A DNA stretch of 64,000 nucleotides from Vitrella brassicaformis CCMP3155 (GCA_001179505.1 CDMY01000144.1:1-64000), one strand, 5' to 3'. Counted from the first letter of the stretch, positions 1 to 15,200 are shown. Notes: generated from the letters alone by a model not told the origin. Program-made: numbers and translations.

Positions 1-111
1 CCCCGATGTATATACCCGATTGAATCACACCATCTGCGCGGTTATTTTTTACTTTTGTCGGAAAGGATCTGAGCTACCCCCTAACCACCGATACGGGGGC
101 AGCCAGTCGCG

Positions 112-231
112 TCTGTGTGTCGGTCATCCATTGTGTGACGCACCTCGTTGAATGTGGTCTCTTCGGTGTCGTCGGCAGACGTGCTCGCCATCTGCTTGGC
201 CACCGACTTGGACGCACACAGAGCCATCGTG
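112..231 (-). repeat. Inverted 120-bp duplicate of the DMC1 5' end (start codon, exon 1, 5' splice site and 32 nt of intron 1)
   Basis: 112-231 is the exact reverse complement of 2092-2211 on base-by-base reading. The same peptide ([17 protein letters not shown]) appears in ORFs 81..395(-) and 2096..2359(+). Confidence 0.95.
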
Positions 232-431
232 GTGACCAGACACATTCTACCGTCAAGAAAAGTCCATGTACGCGTCCACACATGACATCTGTCATCCATT
301 GCCGCCCACATACATATCCATATTGACACACAGCCACTGATGCCGGCCGGTCGCTTGGGACCGACTGACAGCAACACGCAAGCTGAGCTGCACACAACTA
401 CACATCGGTTCTATATGGCTAGCCATCCCTC

Positions 432-1735
432 TCAGTCACATCTGGGTGAGGGGTTGCCGGACGGGTTGCCACTGACGTCAGTGGACTGGGCCGCCATGCC
501 GTTTTGAGCTCTATCCTTCCCCGCCACTACTATGACGGCGGGATCCGACACCGTCTTGGCCTTCTGCTGCGCCCGAATAAACTGAAAACAAGACATCACA
601 CACACGTACGCGTGTTCGTGTATGTATCCGTCCCGGGAGCTCACCTCTCGGATGCCTCCGCGGCCCTGTGTGCTGCCGCCAGCCTTGCCGTCATCCCTCT
701 TCTTCTTGGCTATGGCGTCGATGCACGTCTGCAGGTTGCGCTTCAGTCGACCATCCGTCACGCTCTCCAGGAGGCCCCCCAAAGCGCCAGCCTTACTGGC
801 GTCGTACAGGCCGCTCACGATCCGTTGAGCCGTCTGCTTTGCGGCAGGGCGCGATGCGTCCAGCAGACGAGCAGCAGTCGGCAGGATGGCCCTCACCGTG
901 ACGTCAGATGCACTGTAACGCTGACACAGAAGATAGAACAGACACCGAGCTCAGTCAGTGACATGCAAAGCATGCCCTGTGCGAGTGTGTCGCACCACTG
1001 ATGTGAGAGCCTTCTCCAGGAAGTGGGCGGCCTGCGTCGCCACGCCGCTGTCCTTGCGATCCAACGCATCCGACGCCACACTACCGAGTGCCATGACCAC
1101 ACTCTCGCCGGCCGCCTCCTCGGTCGTGAGTGCGCTGAGCGCGTCCTTGGCACCATCCGCCAGGAATCTCTTGTTGCTCACGCTCTTCTGAGCCAGCGGG
1201 GGCACCTGAACACACATACAAAAAGGAACCACAGCAACGGTTGACACATCGTTGTCTTCTGTCTCTGCTTGCGTGTGCACGGTTGCTCACTAAGGTGACG
1301 GCGACTTTGGCCATCTCTGCTGGCAGCCCTTTGCCGAGATGCTCTGTTGTCAGGATGGCATTGCGCGACACGCCACTCCGCAAACTCTCGGCTTGCTTGA
1401 TGACGGCCGAAGCGATATCCTCGCTGCAACACACACAAACAGGAATCTGATCCGCCCTTTCTCCCGTCCGCCTGTCTGCTACCCACGTGTCCGTTGTCCT
1501 CTCTCTTGGCTCCTTACATGTCATCGGCGAGAAGCGATGGATGGAACTTGGCGAGCGCTTGGATGCGCTGCAGGGAGGTGAAGTGCTGCTTCCAGTCGTC
1601 CGACCGCAGCCCATTCAGGGCCTCCTGCAGCACCGCCCTCGGGCTCTCACCGCCCTCCCACTCCAGCTCCTCCCATGACAGATATCGGCACTCGAAGGCA
1701 TCCTCCTCCTCTGGGCAGCGCTCTGGCTCACACAT
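432..1735 (-). CDS. TOG/HEAT-repeat protein (CLASP N-terminal / TOGARAM-FAM179-like), multi-exon; true start may lie further upstream
   Basis: Spliced peptides EALNGLRSDDWKQHFTSLQRIQALAKFHP, IKQAESLRSGVSRNAILT, SVSNKRFLADGAKDALSAL and AARLLDASRPAAKQTAQRIV resemble TOG HEAT motifs (SxDW..., LRSxVSRxA, NKRF, D..P..R..A). Stop TGA at 432-434. Confidence 0.7.
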
Positions 1736-2095
1736 CGCCTCTCTTTCCTCTTTCCGATCCCCTGCGAGCTAAGGGTCGGCGATGGGAGGAAAAGAGAGAG
1801 AAAAAAGGCGCTTGGCGACGCAGCGGTAGGCGAAGGGATGGCAGGGCAGGTGTGTGTGCTTTGTTTTTCTTTCTATCCATCCATTTGAACGATAACTCCA
1901 TCCGTTTGCCGTTGACCGTGGCGCAGGTGCGAGGCACTCAACCGCTGTGTACGTGTGCAATCATCCGAGCGATCGATTCAATTGTACATAGTGAAGCAAA
2001 ACAGCCAGCATCATTCCATTGTGACAGCAGCCAGCCTTTGAGTGTCTTCTGAGTGAGCTGCTCTCTCTGTCGGTGCGTTTGATTGCCTTCTCACG

Positions 2096-3859
2096 ATGGC
2101 TCTGTGTGCGTCCAAGTCGGTGGCCAAGCAGATGGCGAGCACGTCTGCCGACGACACCGAAGAGACCACATTCAACGAGGTGCGTCACACAATGGATGAC
2201 CGACACACAGAGATGATGATGCCTGTTGGTCTGTCTGTCTGCCCTCTCTCTCTCTCTCTGTGTGTGTGTGATTGTGATTGTGATTGTGATTGTGATTGTG
2301 TGTTCAGGTTGAGAAGTTGCAGGAGATGGGCATCAACATGGCCGACATCAACAAGCTGAAGGGCGCCGGCTACGCGACCGTCATGAGTGTCATCCAGAGC
2401 ACCAGCAAGGAACTGACGCAGATCAAGGGACTCAGCGACGCCAAAGTCGACAAGGCACGCATGCAACACACCCACATCCACACACCTCTCTGGCCATCCA
2501 TCCATCCATCCACCCCACAACTCTTGTGTGTGTGTGTGTGTGGATGTGAAGATTCTGGAGGCGGCCCGCAAGTTGGAGGCGTGCAATGCGTTCATGAGCG
2601 GGTCGGACCTGATGACGAAGCGCAACCGAATCCTCAAGATGACGACGGGCTCCAACAACCTCGACAAGCTGCTGGGCGGAGGCATCGAGAGCATGTGCAT
2701 CACAGAGCTCTTCGGAGAAAACAGAACCGGCAAGACACAGGTGAGTGACATGAATGACAAGGAAGAGAGAGAGGCCACGCCACGACCTGCACCGATGAAT
2801 GTGTATGGGCGTGTGTGTCTTTGCAGGTGTGTCATACGTTGTGTGTGACGGCTCAGCTGCCTCAGAACATGAAGGGCGGCAACGGCAAGGTCAAACACTC
2901 ACACATCTACACACACACACTCTCCTCTCCCTCTGTATCTCCCTGCAATTGGTGTGTGTGTGTGTGCAGGTGTGCTACGTGGACACGGAGGGCACGTTCC
3001 GACCCGAGAAGATCATCAAGATCGCCGAGCGCTTCGGGCTCGAGGGAGACGCCGTACTCGACAACATACTCGTACGCACGCTGACTTGACCAGCCCACAC
3101 ACACAAACAGGCAAACACGTGTGTGTGTGTGTGTTGTGTAGTATGCCAGGGCGTACACCCACGAGCAGCAGATGGAACTGTTGAAGGCGGCGGCGCAGAA
3201 GATGGTCGAGGAGCCCTTCGCACTCCTCGTCGTCGACAGCATCATGGCGTTGTTCAGAGTCGACTTCTCGGTACACATACAGCCACTCAAGACACACCAC
3301 ACCCCCTTCCATGTATGTGCGTGTGTGTGTCGTCAGGGCCGCGGTGAGTTGAGTGAGCGTCAGCAGCTGTTGGGCAAGATGCTGTCTCGCATCATCAAGC
3401 TCTGCGACGCCTTCAACATCGCCTGCGTCATGACCAACCACGTCATGTCCGGTCCGCGACTCACACACACCCACACACGTGCCACACACACACGTGTTTG
3501 TATGGGTTTTGATGTGTGGGTGTGCAGACCCTGGCGGAGGTCTGACGTTCGCCCCTCAGTTCAAGCCCATCGGCGGTCACGTGCTCGGACATGCGTCCAC
3601 CGTGCGTCTCTCGCTCCGCAAGGCAAGACGCACCCACACCAACACACAGCTACCGACCGGGTCCATGTGTGTGTGTTGTGTGTTGTGTGTTCAGGGCAAG
3701 GGCGACCAGCGCATCGTCAAAGTCTACGACGCACCCAACCTGCCAGGTCACACACACACACACACACACGTGTGAATGTGAATCCATCTGTTTGTGTATT
3801 CGTCAGAGAGTGAGGGCATCTTTGCCGTGAGTGACGCCGGCATCGTCGACGCCGAGTGA
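2096..3859 (+). CDS. DMC1: Meiotic recombinase DMC1, 10 exons (2096-2179, 2308-2454, 2552-2740, 2827-2889, 2970-3071, 3142-3270, 3337-3451, 3528-3622, 3695-3746, 3807-3859)
   Basis: Walker [76 protein letters not shown]. FRVDFSGRGELxERQQ and DPG are DMC1-type rather than RAD51-type (YRTDYSGRGELSARQ). Confidence 0.93.
2269..2300 (+). repeat. (GTGATT)n hexamer microsatellite in DMC1 intron 1
   Basis: About 5 tandem GTGATT units directly upstream of the 3' splice site at 2307. Confidence 0.85.
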
Positions 3860-5499
3860 TCAACCAAGACCACACAGGCACACAGACTGACAGACAGACA
3901 GACAGACTGACAGACTGACAGACTGACTGACAGTCGACCCATCGCATGTCAGAACGGACTGATGTATGATTGCATGGGATGGAGTGAATGCGTTGCCGTG
4001 ATGGACACAGTGCGGCAGAGCACAGTGCGGCACTCGATAGGGCGTAGAGAGGGGCTCGCGTAGACATACTTTGGCGTGAGTGAGCCCTGCCTCGAATGAC
4101 GCGACTGTGATTTGATCGGACTGGTCACAGAACATGCCCACAGCAAATGACAGAAGCCGTCATAGCCGTCCTGCCACTGTGTGGTTTATGTGTCCACCAC
4201 CAATTAGAGATAGATAGAGACGTGCGCGAGAAGTGTCCATCCGTACCAACTGATCCATGCGGCCACGCAGCCACCCACCAAGCGCTCTCACCCTTCACAA
4301 GCGCCTTTCCCCAGCACCTGACGTAAAGGAGCGCAACTGTCCACACAGTCACGCCCTCCGCGTCAGCGCTGAGAAGGCCACTCGTCACAGGCAGAGAGAG
4401 CCGAGAATGGATGGACGAACCAAGTCAGCACACTGCATGGTTTATACACATGAAGACGCACACATAGAAAGCCGGGAGATGAGCATCGAGAAGGCAGCGA
4501 GAGGCAAGGCAAAATTCGCGGACTGACAGAGAGGGAGGGAGGGAGGGAGGCGGGGAGGAGGATATGGGCGTTAAATGGACAGAAGCCGAGAGCGAAAAAC
4601 CACGACACACACGCACATGATCGAGCGACATCCATCCATCCATCCACACATCCACACATGTCGGCACTTCACCAGCAATCGTGACGGCAAAAAAGGAACT
4701 AGCCACGCCGGTGTCAGCGAGCGAATGTGTGAGTGAGTGGTGGGAAAAAGCGTGGCAGACGGGGGGCGGTCGAGGTGCCCGCCCGCCCGCCCGCGAGATT
4801 AAATCGTGCACTTCGGTCTGGTTGATAGATAGGGAGGCAGCCAGGCAGTACGGAGACAACAAACGTACACACCGCATTGCACGCACCACACCCGCACCTT
4901 CCGCACGCAAACTTCGCGCTGATGTCAGTCAATGCATGTAGGTGGGAAAAAAAGAAACCGTCGCAGCCCCGCGGCCCAGCCAGCAGCACGCACACACACA
5001 CAGAGAGTGCACTGAGAAAGGTGGATCGTCGGAGGGACTACAAAAAGAGAAGACTATCTATCTACACAGCTGCTTCCACTGCACTAGTGGATCATGAGGT
5101 ACGACTGACTCACTGACTCGTTGGTTCGCCATACACGATGTTCTCGCGAGAAGGCGCACAGACAGAGAGATGGCATTTGGCTGCTGCATAGGTGTGGGAG
5201 ATCTAGTCTAGGCAGCCAACACAAAACTGGCCCGCCCCGCGCGCAAACGCATCCATTGCTAACTCTCTCTCTCTCTCTCGCCCCCTCTCTCTACATACGT
5301 CCAGCGAGAGGGCGAGGCCCCTCCTTCTTAAACCCTCGAGCATGCCGTCCTATGCACTGATGAGCCACCGGTCAAATGCGATACATAACCTGCACACACA
5401 CACGACACACCGTACACAGTCAGCCTCCTCCAGACGCCCTCCCTCCCGCCGTCCGCTCACCTTGCCCTCTTTTGTGTGTTGTGGTGTGTGGTGGTCCGT

Positions 5500-7303
<1,804 letters not shown>

Positions 7304-7505
7304 TCACACCAGGGGAGGGCAGGAAAGGGGAGGCTGCAGCAAAGATGGACAAGGGACGCTGGGGCACGACGGAGGTCGGATCACGCCGCGAGCTCAGCTC
7401 GCAACTGAGCTTGCGGAGAAAAGCGGAAAGATTGGAGAGCTTTGGACCCTCTCCGCATCCCTGGTGGTACCTTTCTGACCCATTCGGTGCTGATCTACGT
7501 CAAAG

Positions 7506-10500
7506 ATGGATGGTAAGCAGCCACTTGCAACACATGCAGGTCAGGGCAGCAGGTGCCTGCATGTGGCGAGGGGAGGCACCAGAGGGGCTCCTGTGAGCCA
7601 GGGAGGCTGACACAAACAAGATCGGCTGCCAAAAGTGACCTGAATGCGTTGTGTTGGGCGTCTCCTTGGGCAGGGAAGGGACGTGACGGCCCTCAGGATG
7701 ACGACCAGGAGGAATTCTCCATAAGCGAGGTGGGCCTCTCACGCAAAATGCACCGCACAGCCAGGCTATTGAGGCAGACACGCGCACAGACTGCAAGCGT
7801 GGTGTGCTGTGTTTTGTCGCACGTGTCGGTGTGTCAGGAGCTTGTCGGTCTCGTGATTGGGCAACGGTACGCACGAACGAGGTCGCTGCATGGTGGATGT
7901 GTGTGTGTGTGTGTGTGGTGTGGATGCCTCCCCCTTGGCATTGCAATGGGTGGTCGCAGAGGTGCGAAGATCAAAAGGGTCCGGGACCAATCTGGGGCGC
8001 AGGTCGACATTTGGAACGACCGAAGACGCAACGGCATGCAGCCTGTGACCATCAGGGGTACCCAACACACACACCACACGCATCACCACACACCACACAC
8101 ACGCCGATCTGCCACATGGGTCCGTGGTGTGTCGGATGGTGTGCGTGTTGGCCCACTCACTCCAGGCACCCCCGAGCAGCGTGCGAGGGCTCGCGAGCTG
8201 ATCGACGAGGTCATCGACAGTGACACACGTGGACAAGGTGGGTGACCGACACACGTGTCATGACCCCCACCCTCACTCACCCTCGCCCATGTGTGTGCTG
8301 CATCGATCCCTGAGCAGGTGACCGTCGCCGCACCAGCACCCACCAGCGCCCCTCCCGGAGCTACGACACAGACCAGCCCCCCTCCAGCAGCTCGGGCTAC
8401 GGCGCATCCGACGCCATGCCACACTCCACCTCCTCACACCTCCCGCCCCTCCCCCACGACCGACCCCGAGGGCGGCCCGACGGACACTTCAGAGGTCGTC
8501 GTGGGGGCGGTGGCCATGGCGGTGGCGGTTCTCCGCGGCCTCGAGGCGGGCAGCAGCGGTACTTCGAGGCTGCAGACATGGAGCCTTCATCGCCTTCCGG
8601 ACGGATAATGGGCGGGGGCGGGGGACCACAGCAGAACGAGCGGGGATACGAGTAAGAGAGAGGCGGCGGAGGGGGGGGGGCAGGTGCATCTGTGTGATGG
8701 GGTATGTGTGGTCTGTCGTGTGCGATGTGTCACAGCGAGTTTGGGCTTCCCATTCTGGCGGTCCACGCGCACCACGACAAGTTTCTAGCAGCCCTTCGAG
8801 ACAACCAGTCCATCGTCCTGCACGGCGCCACTGGCAGCGGGAAGACCACACAGGTCCGTCAACCACACCCAAACCCACAACACCAACACCAACCCACTAT
8901 TGGTCCGTCCGCCTCTCTCTCTCTCTCTCTCTCCGTGTGTGTGTGCAGATTCCCCAGTTCATTTTGCGTGAGGCGCTGCGGACGGACCGTGACGTCCGCA
9001 TCATCGTGTCGCAGCCACGTCGACTCGCAGCCACAAGCGTCGCAAAGTGCGCACCCACCCACACGGACACACACAACACACAAGACACACCACGCACAAG
9101 CCAGCATCCATCCATCCATGTGTATGTCTGTCTATCAGGCGTGTCGCGTACGAGTGCATGATGCGGGGTTTGTCCAAGGACGGCCAGCACCAGGTGGGCG
9201 GCCTCGTGGGGTGGCAGATCGGACAGGACCGCATCAACGCATCAAGACACAGCAAAATCCTCTTCTGCACCACCGGTAGGTAAAAAAAGGGAATGGGCCA
9301 CACTCACTCGGTCCCACCGACACACCACTTGGTTTCGCTTCTGGTGCCGTCTGTCTGCAGGCATCTTGTTGCGCCGCATCGTGGGTGCGATGAAGGAGAG
9401 CCAGGGGAGCGCGAGTGCCTCGGCGACGGGCGACGACTTCAGCCGCTGGACCCACGTGGTGATTGACGAGGTGCATGAGCGCGACACCGACACAGACCTC
9501 TTCATGGTGAGGAAAACGGGCGACGGGACAGGGATGTGTGGTGGTGGTGGTGGAGGATGGGCATTTGCGTTCATGTGTGTGTTGAGCGTGTGTCAGGCGT
9601 TGATGCGTCGACGTTTGGCCAACGACCCCCGTGTCAAGGTCATCATCATGAGCGCCACCATGAAGAGCTGTAAGCTCTCGCACAACACAATACACACACA
9701 CAACATACACACATCCATCCCCTCCCCCCCCCTCCCCCAATCCCTCACTCACTCACTCTCTGTCTGTCGGTCTGTCTGTCTGTCTTGTCTGTCTGTCTGT
9801 CAGCCATCTACGCCAGGTACTTCAGCCCCACGGCCATCCAGCGGCAGGCCGAGCGCCTCAAGAAGCTCGAGCACGACATCGAACTACGACTCCAGGGCCG
9901 CATCCCAGTCGCCAACAACAGCAGCAACACGTAACCCAATTCCTCTCGCACCACACCACCACACAGCCAACCACCACAGAAACATCTCCCTTCTTTGTGT
10001 GTCGTGGCCAGTAGGAGCGGTGGTGGGTGGACGGGCCGTCCCGCCCCCCCTGCACAGCGTCGTGTGCCGTCGTCGGGGTGGGACGACAGCGACGATGAGA
10101 ACCAGATGGACATCTCGCCGCAGGCCCGCAACCGGCAGTCAAGCTGGGGGCAGCCCAGAGGGCAACAACACGCCACCAACGGCTGGGTAGGGAGGGATTG
10201 GGATTGGGATTGTGTTGTGTGTGGGTCCGTCGTCCGCCCTCTTGTCTGTGTCTGTGAGTGTGCATCTGTCGCCTGTATGTTCTTTCGTTCCTTATAGGGT
10301 GGTGGCGGTGGTGGCCGTGGCGGCTGGGGGTGGAGTGGTCCGTTCGGTGCGTCAGGGGGTGGCAACGAGGAGGACGACATTCCGCCACTGCCGGATGAGG
10401 CGCGTGATCCACGACACATGACCATCCCACCACCACCAGCACCAGCAGCGCCTTCACATCTGTCTGTCTGTCTGTCTATGTGGCTGTCTGTGTGTGCGTG

Positions 10501-12252
10501 TCTGTGTGTGCAGGTGTGTCACATGATAGCTGTGGACGGCGTCATGTATGAGGTCAAGGTCTCCTACCTGGAAACCATCGTCGACAAGTGACACCACACA
10601 CACACAACACACACAGCACACATGGCGCCAGCCAGGATGGAGGACAATGCCGTCCCTGTGTGTGTCCTTTCTCCCTCATGGCGGCAGGATCTGGCCATGG
10701 GTCTCCCGCAAATACGGCTTCCAGGTCCCCCAACCGCCCACACTCAGCACATGGATGTCTGTGTGGCTTCTTTGATTGTGCAGCTTAACACCCGCCCCGA
10801 CGCCCACTCGCTGCGGTCTGAGTTTCTGAAGGAGCAGCCGCAGGTGGCGCGATTCTCGACATTCGACCTCTACGACATCGCATTCTTCGCATGTGGTATG
10901 CACACACACACACACACACATGTGTGGGCCGACTGACAGGCAGCGAAACTGTGTGGTTGGTGTGTGTCAGGGTACATTCACGAGCAGAACTTGGACGACA
11001 TGGAGAAGACCATGGACACGGGCAAAAACTCCATACTCATCTTCCTACCAGGTACACACACGCCCACTCATCCCCCTCCCCTCTCCTCTCCTCTCCTCTC
11101 CTCTCCCTCTCTCTGTCCCTTTGTAGGCATGGCGGAGATCAACCGGCTGGCCGACAAGTTCACCACACAGGCGCAGGAGCTGGCAAGGGCCTCTGACGGC
11201 CCCACCAGCTCCTCTGCCGAGGCCACTGACGCGTGGTGGAAGGTCATCCGTGTGCACAGCAACATCGACGCCGATGAGCAGGATTCGGTGTTTGCTGACG
11301 TGCCTGGTGGGTGGATTGGGGAGGTGGGGGGGAGGGATACACTCACACGTGGGGCGTGTGTGTGTGTGCGTGTGTGTGGTCAGGCTACCGCAAAGTCATT
11401 CTGGCGACCAACATCGCCGAGAGCTCCATCACCATACCAGTAAGACCGTCGAAACCATGCATCTGTCGCTCGCCTGCTCTGCTCTGCTCATCTGTGGTGC
11501 GTGTGTGTGGCTGGTTGGTCAGGATGTGGGCTATGTGTTGGACTTCTGTCTGGTCAAGGAGCACCACTTCGTCGAGACCACCAGCACCAACACACTCTCG
11601 CTGCAGTGGGCCTCGCAGGTCAGTCAGCCAGGCGGTCCTCGCACATACAAACAAACAACACGCACACCCAGACGCATCGACACACTCTGAATGTGTGTGC
11701 AGGCTGCGTGTGACCAGCGTCGCGGTCGTGCTGGCCGTGTGCAGAAGGGAAACTGCGATCGACTCGTGCCAGAAGTATGCACCCACACACACAGAGGAAG
11801 GGAGAGAGGGACGGACGGACGGACGGAGGGACGGACGGACGGACGGACGGACGGAGGGAGAGACATCAGAGAGGCCCATGATTGCTGTGTGTGCTGCCGT
11901 GTGGTTCCGTGTGTTTATGGCTGCAGTTGTTTTACCACCGCCAGCTGGCCGAGTTCACCAAGCCAGAGATCCAACGGTGCGCCCTCGAGAAGGTACTGTA
12001 CATGCCCATCGATCAGACAGACCACCCCAGCCAGATGGACGCAGGCAGAAGGCAGCAGAGCAGGGCCAGTGTGCCTGTCCGTTCCGTGTTGCGTGTCAGG
12101 TGGTGCTGCACGTCAAGATCATCGGGTTGGAGCCTGCTGACGTGCTAGTGGAGTGCCTCGACCCGCCCTCAAAGGACAAGATCGACTCGGCCATCAAACG
12201 ACTCCAGGACAAAGGTCAGTCAGTGGGCAAATGTGGGTGGGGAACACACACG

Positions 12253-12285
<33 letters not shown>

Positions 12286-15200
12286 GGGTATAGGGGATGG
12301 CGTCTGTGTGTGCGTGTGTCAGGTGCATTGACGCCCCCGTCTGAGAAGTACCCGTCCGGCAAGTTGACGTTCCTGGGCAGGGTGTTCGACGAGATGCCCT
12401 GCGACATCGACCTGTCGCGGCTCATGATATACGGTAGACAGAGAGGGAGGGAGGAATGGAATGGACAAGTACACACCACACAACGCTGAACGGTCTGGCA
12501 CAATGTGTGTGTGTGTGTGTGTGTAGGTTACACGTTCGGCTGCCTGAAGGTGACGGTGAAGATCGCCGCCATTCTCGCCACCGAGAAACGTCGACTCATC
12601 GACCCACACAGGTACGTTCATCTGGGCGATATATGCCGACACGCCATGGTGTGGGCCTGATCGTTGTTTGTGTGGTGTGGTGTGTGCAGGCTCCCCCGTG
12701 GCGGCAGGGGTGGGCGAGGTGGCGGCGGCCCGCCAGGACAGCAACAGCAAGAGGGCGCTGGCAGAGTCTATCACAAGGTGACTGGTGACTGGGGGTGGTT
12801 TGTGGGTGCGGACAGAACGGCAGACAGATTCGCCGCTCATGCGCTTTGTTCGTGTATGTGTGTGTGTGTATGTGTGTGTGTGTGTGTGTGTGTTGCTGGG
12901 CCATTCAATGTGTGCAGAAGCTGTTGATGTCGTTGGGCAGCGAGTGCGACCTCATCACGGAGCTCAACATGTGGGAATACGTCGAGTTTTACTTCCCAAA
13001 CTACAAACGATTCTTCGACAACTACACGGTTCGACAACCATCCACACCATCCACCATCCATCCACTTCTTTCCCTGTGTGTGTGCAGGGGCGTACTGAGG
13101 ACCGCAAGAGCTTCCTACGGCTGCTGTCTGACCATGGCGTGAGCATCAAGACACTCGAGGAGGCCCACACCAACTACGTCGACTTCGAGCGACGGCTCTC
13201 CCGACTCGATTTTTGGCGACAGGGGTCAGTGAGGGGGTGGGGGTGGGCATAACTCACACACAGACAACACACGGTGTGTGTGTGTGTGTGTGCAGGTTGC
13301 TGTAGGACGGCTGGTTGCCTCGTGAGCGTTTCTCGTGCTTCGACGACGAGCGTGAGGCGTTCGGATGGCCGGCCGTTCGACCTCCTCGACGCACACTACC
13401 AGAGCAACATGTTCATCCTCAAACTCTGCATCGCTGCCGGTCAGTCAGTCAGTCAGTCAGCAGGCAGTCAGTCGACTTGTGGGGCCGACTGACAGAAAGG
13501 GGCACGTCCATGTGACTGAGTCAAGAGGATGCGTGTGTGTGTGTTATGTGTGTGCAGCGTTCTTCCCGGACTACTACATTTCCAACTCGCAGGACTTCGC
13601 CCTCTTCGACCGGTGCGGATGGGTGGCTGCGGCGAGCGAGATCTGTCCGTTTGGTAATCTTCCTCTTGTGTGTGCAGTTTCTACGTCGACCGTGAGTTGG
13701 AGGACCGTCGCAAGAAGGCCCTCGCACTCCCCCCATCCCACGAGGAGCGACAGAGGCAACTAGAGGTGCATGACGACACACGACACACACACACACACAC
13801 ACATGCTTCCTTCACGGCCATCTCTTGCGTGTGTGTGTGTGTGTGTGCAGTTGGTCGAGGCGTACCGTCGGCTGGAGAACAGGAAGTCCAGCCAGCAGGA
13901 CCAGTGGGGCCACGTCGAAGAATACCAAAACTGCATTTGGGTCAGTCAGTCGGTCAAACACAAACACACACACGCGGTGACCTCTCACCTCACCCCCGCC
14001 ATGGTGTGTGTCGTGTTCGTGTGTGAGTGCAGTTTCAGGACATCCCAGCTGAGGCCACGGCCACGCAGGAGAACCTTTTGCGCCAGTTCAACAGGACTCT
14101 CGCCCCGCACCTTCTCACCCGCCCTCGCGACACGCAGCGCGGATACCCATGCGCCAGCATTCGGTGAGTGTGACTGTGAGGGTGAGTGGGCCTATCAGGC
14201 CAAGGCCAGCAGCGCACCAATTGCTGTCTGTCTGTCTGTCTGTCTGCTTCTGTGTGTGCAGGTACCAGCCGATGGACGACTACGGTGGGCGCAGGAGTGG
14301 GTCGTCGAAGGAGCAGGGCATTCTCGTGGAGTTTAACGACATCGCAGAGCTCAAGACGGTGCGGACTAACCACACAAAGCGCATCGCACTCTTGGCCTGC
14401 ACTCGTGTGTGTGCGTGTGTACGTGTGTGTTGTCAGGCATTCTGGCTGGAGAAGCGCAAGAAGATCACATACAGCTGCTCACTCGACGGTACACCAACAC
14501 ACCATCCCGGCACACACACAACCGCCATCGTCAGCAAAGGCCACCAAGACCAGACCACCTTGGTGTGTCGTGTTTGTGGCTGCAGATCCGTCGTCGTCGG
14601 CCAGCGCGTCCGACCCCTTCGCCCACACGTCGGGCGACCTGCCGCCGTCCAAGACACCCTTCGCACTCAAATTCAGAGACTCCAACTACAGTGAGTGAGT
14701 CGGGAGGGATGCAGGCAGGCAGCACAAATCAATCAAATGCACTTGGATGGATGCATCTGTGTCGTCGTGGTCGTGCATATGTGTGTGTGTGGTGTGTGTG
14801 CCCGCAGCTCCGTTTGAGGTGGAGTTCGACAGTGTCAATGCGGTGACGGTGGAGGCCGGACGCACGTACGTTGGCACTCCCGCACTCACACAGAGAATGA
14901 GAACTGCATAGAGGCTTGAATGATGCGTTTTGCCCCCACCCATACCTACAGGATGTTCAACCAGCGGGTCATCGTGGCCCGACGGTGAGTGTGAGCCAGA
15001 CAGACAGGGGAGAGCCTTTCTGTATTTGTTTCTCGTCTCTTTCCGTGTGTGTGTCATGTGTTGTGTGCCCCAGTCGATTCAGTCGCAAGATGAGCACACT
15101 GATGGGCGCCAATGTGTGCGAGACCTCACTCATGCCACCCATCAGGTACACACACACACACACATCCACACACACACACACACACATATGTCGCCCCTGT

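Noticed and set aside
2096-3859. RAD51 as an alternative call
   Set aside because: The diagnostic motifs [20 protein letters not shown] and GENRTGKTQ fit DMC1 better.
3950-4910. Possible small spliced gene on the minus strand between DMC1 and enolase
   Set aside because: Splice-like signals are present, but I could not build a phase-consistent ORF with recognisable content.
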